From Acidimicrobiia bacterium (GTDB taxonomy: Bacteria > Actinomycetota > Acidimicrobiia > IMCC26256 > PALSA-555): a stretch of 35,707 nt of DNA. The stretch spans positions 5,488 through 41,194 of the forward strand of contig JBBDWT010000201.1 of assembly GCA_040902705.1 (NCBI GenBank), given 5' to 3'. The position numbers were made by a program, and so were the translations under genes. Shown piece after piece: positions 18,306 through 27,116 of this stretch; position 1 is the stretch's first letter; each line of letters starts with the position of its first letter. The notes under the pieces are model-generated. The model ran no database searches. It was not told where the DNA came from and worked only from the letters and a program-made list of their open reading frames with translations.

Positions 18306-18584
18306 GTGATGGCCAACGGGTCGGGGTTGGTCACACCCGACGACGCGGAGAACGAGCCGGAACCGGACCCTCCGCCCGCGCTCGATGCACTCGACCTCCG
18401 GGATCGCGTCGTGGGAATGCACGCCGAGCTCGACGAGATCTTCGCACGCCTCGACGACCTCCAGGCGCGACTCGATGCGTACGAGACGATGTCCGAGACC
18501 CGACGCGGCTTCGGCACGCGAGCGCGGGCACGGCTCGGACGCGTTCGCACGACCATCGTGCGTCGCGCCCGCCGATCTCAGTGA
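18306..18584 (+). CDS. small coiled-coil protein with basic amphipathic C-terminal tail
   Basis: Heptad stretch LRDRVVGMHAELDEIFARLDDLQARLDAY and an Arg-rich tail. TAGCAT (18293-18298) lies 7 nt before GTG 18306, as in leaderless genes (alternative ATG 18309). The stop overlaps the next start (GTGA). Confidence 0.65.
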   Translation: MMANGSGLVTPDDAENEPEPDPPPALDALDLRDRVVGMHAELDEIFARLDDLQARLDAYETMSETRRGFGTRARARLGRVRTTIVRRARRSQ

Positions 18585-20089
18585 GCACGAGCGAGAGTGC
18601 CGTGTCGATCGTCTGCATCGACCACGGACTCGGGCACGCTGAGATCGATGCAACCGCGGAATCGGTGACGCGCCAGATCGACCAGGACTGCGAGCTCCTC
18701 GTCGCGCTCCCTTCCGAGATCCGCGACACGCTCGGGCGCGCACGCGGTCGGTGGTTGATGCTCGTCGACGCGGGCGACCGGATCAGACCACACGCCATCG
18801 CCCAGCTCGCCGCCGCCACCGACGCCGATGCAGCGGTCGACTGCGTCTACAGCGACGAGTCGGGCCCCGACGCTTCGGGGGCCGAGCAGCCGTTCTACAA
18901 GCCCGACTGGTCGCCGGATCGGCTTCGTTGTCAGCCGTACCTCGGGCGGGCCGTGCTGGTCCGACGCGACCTCATCGACGAGGCCGGAGGATGGCGTCCC
19001 GAGCTCGGTCGGGTCGCAGAGTTCGACCTCATGCTGCGTGTCGGCGAGCTGAGCCGCCGCGTCGCGCACGTCGCGCACCCTCTGTGCCGTCGCCGCGGGC
19101 CCCAGCCGGAGTTCCTGTCGTTCGCGCCTGAAGACGTGGATGCCGGCTGCCGAGTCGTCGACGAGCACCTCGCCCGAACGGGAATCGCCGCGCGAGCCCG
19201 CCCCCACGCGTCCGCTTCGGGCCTGCTTCGCCTCGAGCCCGTGCTGGTCCGGCGGCCCCTCGTGAGCGTGATCGTGCCAACAGCCGGCACGCGCCGTGTC
19301 GTCCGTGGATCCGAGATCTCCCTCGTGGACTGCTGCGTGCAGAGTGTGCTCACCCGGTCGACGTATGCAGAGATCGAGGTGATCTGCGTCGTCGACGCCT
19401 CGGTCGACGACGACACCCGCGCCCGGCTCGTTGGCCTCGACCCCGCGCGCGTGCGGCTGGTCGACTTCAGCGAGCCATTCAATTTCGCCCGGAAGATCAA
19501 TCGCGGTGTGGTCGCGTCTCGGGGCGAGGTGCTCGTCCTGCTCAACGACGATACCGAGGTCCGCGAACCCGGATGGCTCGAGGCGATGCTCGTCTATGCA
19601 CTCGATCCAGAGGTCGGTGCCGTCGGCGCGCGGTTGCTCTTCGCCGATGACCGCATCCAACATGCGGGTGTTGCCGGCGTTCGGGGGAACCCGGGACATC
19701 CGTACTACGGGTTGCCGGCCGACACCGTGGGACATGGGGGGAACGCGCTGGTACCGAGCGATGTGCTCGCCGTCACCGCCGCATGCCTGATGACGAGTCG
19801 CGCCTGCTTCGAGTCCGTCGGTGGGCTCTCGGGTTCGTTCCCGGTCAACTACAACGACATCGACTACTGCTTGAAGCTCCGTCAGAACGGTCTCCGCATC
19901 GTCGTGACACCCGACGCGGTGCTGTACCACCACGAATCGTCCAGCCGGAGCGGTGAAGTCGCGCCGGACGAGCTCGCGCTGGTCCGCCGGCGATGGGGAC
20001 GGTGGTTGCGAGACGACCCCTTCTATGGGCCGAACTTCCCGTCCGGCAACGCCGACTTCGTGCCCGCGCCGGCTCCTAGTAGCCCTTGA
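18581..20089 (+). CDS. tandem GT2-GT2 glycosyltransferase (WsaE/RfbC-like)
   Basis: Motifs VYSDE, FYKPDWSP, VSVIVPT, FNFARKIN, LLNDD, IQHAG, VTAACL, YNDIDYCL, DPFY.PN. Confidence 0.88.
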   Translation: MSTSESAVSIVCIDHGLGHAEIDATAESVTRQIDQDCELLVALPSEIRDTLGRARGRWLMLVDAGDRIRPHAIAQLAAATDADAAVDCVYSDESGPDASGAEQPFYKPDWSPDRLRCQPYLGRAVLVRRDLIDEAGGWRPELGRVAEFDLMLRVGELSRRVAHVAHPLCRRRGPQPEFLSFAPEDVDAGCRVVDEHLARTGIAARARPHASASGLLRLEPVLVRRPLVSVIVPTAGTRRVVRGSEISLVDCCVQSVLTRSTYAEIEVICVVDASVDDDTRARLVGLDPARVRLVDFSEPFNFARKINRGVVASRGEVLVLLNDDTEVREPGWLEAMLVYALDPEVGAVGARLLFADDRIQHAGVAGVRGNPGHPYYGLPADTVGHGGNALVPSDVLAVTAACLMTSRACFESVGGLSGSFPVNYNDIDYCLKLRQNGLRIVVTPDAVLYHHESSSRSGEVAPDELALVRRRWGRWLRDDPFYGPNFPSGNADFVPAPAPSSP

Positions 20090-22571
20090 CCATCCGGCGA
20101 ATCCGGGTGACGACCTTCCTGGCGAGCTGACCCACCTCTCCGCGTCGTGCGAGCGCGAGCGCGCGGTCGACGTCGCGGCGGATCGTGCGCGGGCGCCAGG
20201 TCGCGATGTCGAGTGGGTCACGAACACTTGCCGCCAGCTCCGGATCGAGCAGGTCGGGCGCGCGGTCCGGCTCGCGGCAGTACGCGACCAGAGGAGCGAG
20301 GACTTCGCTCCAGACGAATCGCCTCGCGACCACCTCAGCAGCCTGGCGACACGACGCGCGCAGCTCGTCGTCCTCGAGGATCTGGTAGAGCGCTTCCTCC
20401 AGCGCGTCGACGTCCCCGGGGGGAACCGTCAATCCGAGACCCTCGGTCTCGACGAGCTCGGCGAGCGCGTCGCCACGGGTCGCGACCACTGGGAGCCCGG
20501 CCCACACGTAGTCGAGCACGCGTGTGCGGAAGGAGAACGCGGTCTCGACGTGGTCGAGATGCGTGCTCACGCCGACATCGGCCTCGAGGAGGTAGTTCGG
20601 TCGGTCGTCGTACGGCACCCAACCATCGTTGAAGAAGACGTGCTTGTCGATCAGCCCGAGCTCCTCGGCGAGCTCGAAGGTCTCGACCGTCATCCGCATC
20701 TCGCCGACGTCGGGGTTCGGGTGCTTCGTACCCAGGAAGTACACGCGCACCGACGGGAGTCGGCTCCGGAGCTTGTCCACCGCCCGCAAGAGCGTGAGCG
20801 GGTCGAACCAGTTGTAGATGCCGCCACCCCAGAGGATCAGCTTGTCGTCGTCGCCGATCCCGGGCACGACTCCCCGGAGCACCTTCCGGGTCGACTGCGG
20901 CGGTCGTTCGTCGACCCCGAAGGGCACGACCGCGATGAGGCCGTCGAGCTTCTCGCTCGTGTCGTAGTTGATCTCGTTGATCCGCCCGACTGCGGCCAGC
21001 TGACCGAGCCAGAAGTCGCGCTGCTTCTCGCTCGCGCACATGAGGAAGTCGGCCCGCATGAGCTGCTCGTTCAACACCTCGGTCGACGAACGCACGGCGA
21101 AGCGGCGAGCATCGTGGTGGAGATGGCGCGACTGCTCGAGAACCTCCAAGTGGAACGGGTCATAGACGTCTGCGACGACGATCTTCTTCGTGTCCCGGAA
21201 TGCCGAGTACTGCCGCATCAGGTTGCCCTGGAACACGATGACATCGGCCCATGCCTCGAGCTCGGTGAACGCGCGGTCGTCGGTCTGCATCACCGGGAAG
21301 TCCGGGTGCGAGAGCGTGGAAGGGTGCGGGCTGACGAGACACACCTCGTGCTCGGCCGAGAGGACCCGGGCGATGTGCCAGGCGCGGATCGCCGGGCCAG
21401 CCATCTTGGGCTGGAGGACATCGCCCGTCGCGACGAGGATTCGGCGACGCCGACCGAGGCGCGCGGCCGGATCGAAGATGCGGTTCACCGTGGCAAAGCC
21501 CTCGAGGAACCGCGGATCCTCGATGTTCGGCTTCAGCGGCGTGCCGAACAGTGGCGTGATCTCGTGATCGGGGCGACGCCGAGCCGCCTGGAGCTCGCGT
21601 CGGGCGAGATCGAGCTCGGGCAAGGCATCGAGGAAGGCGTCGATCGCATAGGTCGGCGCGATGGTCTGGCGCCGGATCGTCACGAGCTCCCCACCCCGGG
21701 TCGACGAATCGGCAGCAAGATCGAGCGCGCGCGGATCGTCGCCGCCGAGCGAGATCCCCCTGCGAATCGCCATCAGCAGTGTCGCCGGCAGCACCGCGCG
21801 AAGGTTGTCGTCGTCGTAGTTCTTGTAGATCGTGAAGAGCGCGTTGCGCTCGAGCAGAAAGTGCTCACGCCACGCACCGAACCGCGCCGCGGTCGCGTGA
21901 TGCTTGTGATACACGACGGAGCCGGGGACGTATCGGACGCGGTAGCCGAGCAACCAGAGCCGCCAGCCGAAGTCGACGTCCTCGAAGAACATGAAATAGC
22001 GCTCGTCGAACCCGTTGACGCGGCGGAACACCTCGGCACGCACGATCATCGCCGCGCCAGAGGCGAAGAGCACGTCGGTCGCGGTGTTCTCCAGCGGGCT
22101 CGCCGGCTTCCCGAAGTCGACCTTGAATCCGTGGCCGTAGTACGCGAGCGCAGCCCCGACGAAGTCGATCGTCGACCCATCCCAGCCGAGCACCTTGCTC
22201 GCGACGCATGCGATCGTCCCGTCGTACTCGAGGGGATGCAGTGCGGCTTGGAGCCAGTGCGGATGAGGGCGCGCATCGTTGTTGAGGAAGGCGACGTACT
22301 CGCCGGTCGCTCGCTCCACGCCGGCGTTGCACCCTCCCGCGAAGCCCACGTTCTCGCGCAGTGCTACGACATGAACCTCGGGGTGGGCGCCGCGAATACG
22401 CTGGACATCGTCGCCGGACGACGCGTTGTCGACGACGATGACCTCGAGCCGCTCGCCCGCCCAATCGAGCTCCTGTACCGCTTCGAGGCATGCGAGCGTG
22501 TCGTCGGCACCGTCGAAGTTCACGATGACGACCGACACGCGTCCGGCGTGCGTGGCCCTCACCAACTGCAT
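20076..22571 (-). CDS. GT2 + GT4 fusion glycosyltransferase
   Basis: AGGAGG Shine-Dalgarno before ATG. GT2 motifs VVDNAS, NVGFAGGCN, FLNND, FFEDVD. GT-B motifs MAGPAIR, LWGGGIYNWFD, SFRTRVLDY.WAGLPVV. Confidence 0.9.
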   Translation of the reverse strand: MQLVRATHAGRVSVVIVNFDGADDTLACLEAVQELDWAGERLEVIVVDNASSGDDVQRIRGAHPEVHVVALRENVGFAGGCNAGVERATGEYVAFLNNDARPHPHWLQAALHPLEYDGTIACVASKVLGWDGSTIDFVGAALAYYGHGFKVDFGKPASPLENTATDVLFASGAAMIVRAEVFRRVNGFDERYFMFFEDVDFGWRLWLLGYRVRYVPGSVVYHKHHATAARFGAWREHFLLERNALFTIYKNYDDDNLRAVLPATLLMAIRRGISLGGDDPRALDLAADSSTRGGELVTIRRQTIAPTYAIDAFLDALPELDLARRELQAARRRPDHEITPLFGTPLKPNIEDPRFLEGFATVNRIFDPAARLGRRRRILVATGDVLQPKMAGPAIRAWHIARVLSAEHEVCLVSPHPSTLSHPDFPVMQTDDRAFTELEAWADVIVFQGNLMRQYSAFRDTKKIVVADVYDPFHLEVLEQSRHLHHDARRFAVRSSTEVLNEQLMRADFLMCASEKQRDFWLGQLAAVGRINEINYDTSEKLDGLIAVVPFGVDERPPQSTRKVLRGVVPGIGDDDKLILWGGGIYNWFDPLTLLRAVDKLRSRLPSVRVYFLGTKHPNPDVGEMRMTVETFELAEELGLIDKHVFFNDGWVPYDDRPNYLLEADVGVSTHLDHVETAFSFRTRVLDYVWAGLPVVATRGDALAELVETEGLGLTVPPGDVDALEEALYQILEDDELRASCRQAAEVVARRFVWSEVLAPLVAYCREPDRAPDLLDPELAASVRDPLDIATWRPRTIRRDVDRALALARRGEVGQLARKVVTRIRRMVKGY

Positions 22572-22691
22572 CCCTCCTGCACCCCGGCGTCCCGAAGACG
22601 AGGACGCCAGGTTACCCGGATGGGGTCGTCCGCACGTTCCTACGGATCACCCACGCACGCGTCGACTGCACGGGTGACGCCCCGAGCACAC

Positions 22692-23954
22692 CTAGTGCGC
22701 GGGCCGGGGGCTGAGGTCGGACAGGGCGTCGCTCCAGCGACCTCCGAGCGGCACGAGCCCGTTGCCCACGGGATCGCCGGCGCGGATGTGGAGCTCGTAG
22801 CCGTCGGGCAACGAGTCGAAGGCGTGCAGCTCGTGGCGGTCGGTGATCTGCGCGCCGACGACGAGCGTCCCGGGCAGGTAGTCGAGCCGATCGACGGTGC
22901 AGTCGAGATGTCCGGTGCCGTGCAGCTCGCCGGTGCGGATGCCCGCCATGTTCGTCGTGAGCACCGAGAGCGACACACCGGTCTCGGTGGCGACGGAGAT
23001 GCTGAAGTTCGGGTGGTCGACCCGCTTCCGGGCGTGGTAGTGGATGCGAAACGTGACGGCCGAGCCGGCACGCGGCAACGCGATGGGCTCACCGTCGGCG
23101 TCGAGCACGTCGAAGCCGATGATCTCGATGTCCCGATCTCCCGCCGCCGAGGTCGCGAGCGCGGTCTCGGTTCCTGTCGTGCGGGCGAGCCTCTCGGCCG
23201 TCGCGTCGGCGACCCGCTCGGTGTAGGCACGTGTCACCTCGATCGGCTGGCCGACCGCGAGGAGCCGGCCGTGGTCGAGCCATGCGATCCGATCGCAGAG
23301 CGTCTGCATGAGACCCACGCTGTGCGACACGACCACGATCGTCCGACCCTCACGGCGGATCTTGTAAAGGTGGTCGAAGCAACGATTCTGGAAGTCCGCG
23401 TCGCCGACCGCGATGACCTCGTCGATGATGAGCACGTCGGGGCGCACGTGGACCGAGACCGCGAACCCCAGCCGCACGTACATGCCGCTCGAGTAGACCT
23501 TGACGGGCGAATCGATGAACGACTCGAGCCCGGAGAAGTCGACGATCTCGTCGAACACCCGGTCGAGCTCGCGCTTGTCCAACCCTAGGATCGCGCCGTT
23601 CAGGTAGATGTTCTCGCGCCCCGAGAGCTCGGGATGGAACCCGGCGCCGAGCTCGAGGAGCGCCGAGACCCGACCCCGGGTCGTGACCTTCCCGCTCGTC
23701 GGCTGATGGATCCTGGCCATCAGCCGGAGGAGCGTCGACTTCCCCGAGCCGTTGTGGCCGATGAGCCCGAAGGACTCTCCGGCGCGTACGTCGAGCGACA
23801 CCTCGCGCAACGCCCAGAACTCCTCGTACGGGGTGCGGCGGAAGCGCGTCAATGCCTGCTTGAGGCTCGTCGGCTTGTCCTGGTACAGGCGAAAGCGCTT
23901 CGAGACGTCCTCGACCTCGATGGCGAGGCGCTGGCCTCGACCGTTGCCGCTCAT
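22692..23954 (-). CDS. wzt: polysaccharide ABC exporter ATP-binding protein with Wzt-C domain
   Basis: Walker A GHNGSGKST, LELGAGFHPELSGREN, YSSGM, IIDEV, SH; beta-rich C-terminal extension. ATG at 23954. Confidence 0.93.
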   Translation of the reverse strand: MSGNGRGQRLAIEVEDVSKRFRLYQDKPTSLKQALTRFRRTPYEEFWALREVSLDVRAGESFGLIGHNGSGKSTLLRLMARIHQPTSGKVTTRGRVSALLELGAGFHPELSGRENIYLNGAILGLDKRELDRVFDEIVDFSGLESFIDSPVKVYSSGMYVRLGFAVSVHVRPDVLIIDEVIAVGDADFQNRCFDHLYKIRREGRTIVVVSHSVGLMQTLCDRIAWLDHGRLLAVGQPIEVTRAYTERVADATAERLARTTGTETALATSAAGDRDIEIIGFDVLDADGEPIALPRAGSAVTFRIHYHARKRVDHPNFSISVATETGVSLSVLTTNMAGIRTGELHGTGHLDCTVDRLDYLPGTLVVGAQITDRHELHAFDSLPDGYELHIRAGDPVGNGLVPLGGRWSDALSDLSPRPAH

Positions 23955-23958
23955 CCGC

Positions 23959-24771
23959 TCAGAGCTCCTCGGCCAGCTCGGCCGAGCGTCGGGCGAACAA
24001 CCACCAGCCGAGGGCAAGGCTGCCGACGGCGACGGCCACCAGGTACGCCCACGTGTCCAGGGCGGGAACCTCGAGCAAGTAGAAGATCGAGCGGGCTGCT
24101 TCGACGAACTGGGTGAGCGGATTCGCCTCCACGATGTCGCGCATCGGGAGCCCCCAATGCTCCTCTGGGATCAGGTCGATCGTGTAGATGATCGGTGTCG
24201 CGTAGAAGAGGAACAGCAGCGCGATCGTGACCAGGTAACGCACGTCGCGGTAGTAGACGTTCATCATGGCGACGACGAGCCCGACGCCGGTCGAGAAGAG
24301 CATCAGCAACACGAGCAGCACGGGAAAGAGCAGGAAGGTGAGGGAGACGTTCCCGACCGCGATCATGACGGCAACGAGAAGACCGGCCTCGATGACCGTC
24401 TGGAGCACGGCCGCCAGCACCACGGACAGCGGGATGCATTCGGGTGGCAGGTACACCTTGCGGATGAGCGGCCCCGCTCCGACCATCCCTTCCATCGATC
24501 CGACGACTGCCGCGTTGAAGAAGTTCCACACGACGAGCGCGGTGAAGAGGTAGACGGCGTAGTTCTTCAGCTCGCCGTTGCCGGCGACCGGCGGGACCAC
24601 CTTCAAGAACACGCCGAACACCACGGAGTAGATGAGCAGCGTCGACGCGGGATTGAGGAGGGACCAGAGCCAACCCAGCACGCTCTTCTTGTACTTGGCC
24701 TTGAGCTCGCGCTGAGTCAGGTTCATCACGATGCTGCGATGGTTCCAGACCTCTGTGACGGGGGCGAGCAC
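23959..24771 (-). CDS. wzm: polysaccharide ABC exporter permease
   Basis: Motifs RELKAKYKKSVLGWLWSLLNP, LIRKVYLP, YYRDV, FYATPIIY, NP, AEEL. Confidence 0.93.
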   Translation of the reverse strand: MLAPVTEVWNHRSIVMNLTQRELKAKYKKSVLGWLWSLLNPASTLLIYSVVFGVFLKVVPPVAGNGELKNYAVYLFTALVVWNFFNAAVVGSMEGMVGAGPLIRKVYLPPECIPLSVVLAAVLQTVIEAGLLVAVMIAVGNVSLTFLLFPVLLVLLMLFSTGVGLVVAMMNVYYRDVRYLVTIALLFLFYATPIIYTIDLIPEEHWGLPMRDIVEANPLTQFVEAARSIFYLLEVPALDTWAYLVAVAVGSLALGWWLFARRSAELAEEL

Positions 24772-24945
24772 GTGGGAGTCCCGATCTGCACGACTTGTCC
24801 GTGAAGGCGACCCGAGGCGCGTGTCGACCGCCCGGCTCGTTCCTGAGGACGCCGATGCTATCTCCGGCCGTGTGCTCCGACCTCATGAGGCTTCTGCCAT
24901 CTCGCTCCGCGGTGGCGAGCGCACGGGCTGTCGCCGCCGGGCACA

Positions 24946-26181
24946 TCACTCCTCGTCGGACTCGGGACTCCTTCCATCGGTATGGACGCTCGCCGTATCC
25001 CACGTCGTGTCGAGTGCCGCGTAGCCGAGGATCTCGCGCGGCGTCCCGAGCTCGACCGAGATGGGCATGAGCTTGCTGCGGAAGTCGAACGGATGGGTGC
25101 ACGTCTCGTCGTGCACGGCGACGGTCACGTCATAGATGCCCGGCACCAGCATCAGCCGGTTGATCGTGAGGTCGATGTGGCCCTCGCCCGAGACCGTGTC
25201 GAACACGAGGCCGGAGTCGCGCGTGTTGGGCCCGGCGACGTAGGCGCCGTCGGCCGCCGTGATCCCGATGCCGAACACCGGCTTCTCGACGGGCTCGGCC
25301 GCGGAGTAGTGCATGCGGACCGTGATCCGGTCACCGGTGCGCACGTGATCGAGCGGGCGATCGTCGGGCCCGAGCAGCTCCACGGTGTCGATCCGGATCT
25401 CCCCTGACCCCCAGCGCGCACCGCCTGCGGGGTCGAACTCGCGGTCGTGGAAGACGTCGACGAGGTACTCGTCGATCACGTCGACCGCCGGCCCGACCGT
25501 GACGAGCCCGCCGTGCTCCAGCAGTGCGACGGTGTCACAGATGTTGCGGACCGACTCCATCGAGTGCGAGACGACGACGATCGTCCGCCCGCCGTGCTTC
25601 AGCTCGAGGATCTTCTCGGTGCAGCGCTGCTGGAACTCGGCGTCGCCGACCGCGAGGACCTCGTCGACCAGCAGGATCTCGGGGTCCACGCTGATCGCCA
25701 CCGAGAACCCGAGCCGCACATACATGCCCGACGAGTAGTTCTTGACCGGGCTGTCGATGAACTGCTCGATCCCGGCGAAGCCGACGATGTCGTCGAAGCG
25801 TTGATCGATCTGTCGGCTGGACAGACCGAGGATCGCGCCGTTGAGGTACACGTTCTCGCGCCCCGAGAGCTCCGGGTGGAAGCCCGCGCCGAGCTCGAGG
25901 AGCGCCGAGACCTTGCCGCGAGTGCTGATCGACCCGTAGTCGGGGCTGAGGATCTGGGCGATGCACTTCAGCAGCGTGCTCTTCCCCGACCCGTTCTCAC
26001 CGATCAGGCCCAGCGTCGCACCGACCGGGATCTCGAGGGAGACGTCGCGCAGCGCGAAGAACTCGTCGTAGCGCGCGCGTCCGCCGCGCAGGATCGCCGC
26101 CTTCAGCGACTGGTTCCGCTCGTGGTAGAGGCGGAACCGCTTCGTGACGTGGTCGACCGTGATCGCCGGCACCGCGCTCAC
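24946..26181 (-). CDS. wzt: polysaccharide ABC exporter ATP-binding protein with Wzt-C domain (second copy)
   Basis: Motifs GENGSGKST, YSSGM, LLVDEV; RWGSGE-led C-terminal domain. Confidence 0.93.
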   Translation of the reverse strand: MSAVPAITVDHVTKRFRLYHERNQSLKAAILRGGRARYDEFFALRDVSLEIPVGATLGLIGENGSGKSTLLKCIAQILSPDYGSISTRGKVSALLELGAGFHPELSGRENVYLNGAILGLSSRQIDQRFDDIVGFAGIEQFIDSPVKNYSSGMYVRLGFSVAISVDPEILLVDEVLAVGDAEFQQRCTEKILELKHGGRTIVVVSHSMESVRNICDTVALLEHGGLVTVGPAVDVIDEYLVDVFHDREFDPAGGARWGSGEIRIDTVELLGPDDRPLDHVRTGDRITVRMHYSAAEPVEKPVFGIGITAADGAYVAGPNTRDSGLVFDTVSGEGHIDLTINRLMLVPGIYDVTVAVHDETCTHPFDFRSKLMPISVELGTPREILGYAALDTTWDTASVHTDGRSPESDEE

Positions 26182-27116
26182 AGGGCCTCCCCGCGGCGCG
26201 GGATGGCACGACGGATCAGCCTGCGGGTTCCGCTCACTGCCCGCACGATCGGGTTGCGCATGATCCCGGCCGTCTCCGCGGCCTGGCGATCGCGCTCGGT
26301 GAGCAGGTCGTTGAGCTCCCCGATGACCTCGTCGCGTTCGAGCACGTCGGCGACGCGCTCCGCGATGATCTGGTCGCGCACTCGGATCATCTCCGACTGG
26401 TCGCGGAACTGGAGCCGCCCGATGTGCTCACCCCATCGTCCTGCGTAGTAGCCCCGCCAGCGTTCGAACTCGTCGCCGAACAGGTAGTCGAACCCGTCGA
26501 CACCCTTGGGGAACAGCACCCCGAGACCGAGCGAGTGCTGGAAGTCGAAGGTCCGGTACTCCTTCACCAGCTCCTTCCAGAACACCGCGGAGCCCATATC
26601 GGTGTTCGCGGCGATGTCGTGGAGGAGCACGACTCCTCCCGGCGCGACCTTCGGCAGCCAGGTCTCGAAGTCATCCTTGACGGCGTCGTAGTCGTGGCAG
26701 CCATCGATGTGCAACAGGTCGATCGAGCTGTCGGCGAAACCGCCGACCGCGTCCCGGAAGAGCGACCGGTGCAGCTCGATGGCCATGTCCGCGAACTCGG
26801 CGTCGCGGATGCGAGTCACCGTCTCGTACACATCATCGCCGTACGCGCCGGTGAAGGAGTCGCCCTCCCAGGTGTCGACGGCATGCAACAACGGGTGCCA
26901 GCCCTCGTCCCGAGCGGCTTGCGCGAAGGTGAACAACGAGACCCCGTACTGGGTGCCGAGCTCGACGATGAGGTCCGGGCGCCCCCAGCGCACGAGGTCG
27001 TACCCGAACCATCGGTGCCCGGCCCAGAGCGCCGACGCGCGATCTGGATCATGACGATCCCCGACGAACTCGGGGTCGTGCACCGTCCACTGCCGGCCGG
27101 TCGGGTGCCAGCTCAC
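26178..27116 (-). CDS. Methyltransf_24-type SAM methyltransferase + coiled coil + amphipathic tail (putative chain-terminating/capping enzyme)
   Basis: Motifs VELGTQYGVS, AVDTWEGD, IDLLHIDGCHDY, PGGVVLLHD, then heptad repeats. GTGA overlaps on both sides. Confidence 0.85.
   Translation of the reverse strand: MSWHPTGRQWTVHDPEFVGDRHDPDRASALWAGHRWFGYDLVRWGRPDLIVELGTQYGVSLFTFAQAARDEGWHPLLHAVDTWEGDSFTGAYGDDVYETVTRIRDAEFADMAIELHRSLFRDAVGGFADSSIDLLHIDGCHDYDAVKDDFETWLPKVAPGGVVLLHDIAANTDMGSAVFWKELVKEYRTFDFQHSLGLGVLFPKGVDGFDYLFGDEFERWRGYYAGRWGEHIGRLQFRDQSEMIRVRDQIIAERVADVLERDEVIGELNDLLTERDRQAAETAGIMRNPIVRAVSGTRRLIRRAIPRRGEAL

Noticed and set aside
19953-23588. 1211-aa plus-strand ORF, and similar long ORFs such as 1313..3010, 2760..4652, 4060..5664, 10139..11983, 29034..30464, 32798..34654
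   Set aside because: Antisense or off-frame shadows of motif-bearing genes; Arg/Pro-rich with no recognisable domains, as expected in ~70% GC DNA.
3324-27116. Multiple methyltransferases as a restriction-modification or defence island
   Set aside because: No DPPY/NPPY or PC DNA-MTase motifs and no nuclease; the context is glycan synthesis.
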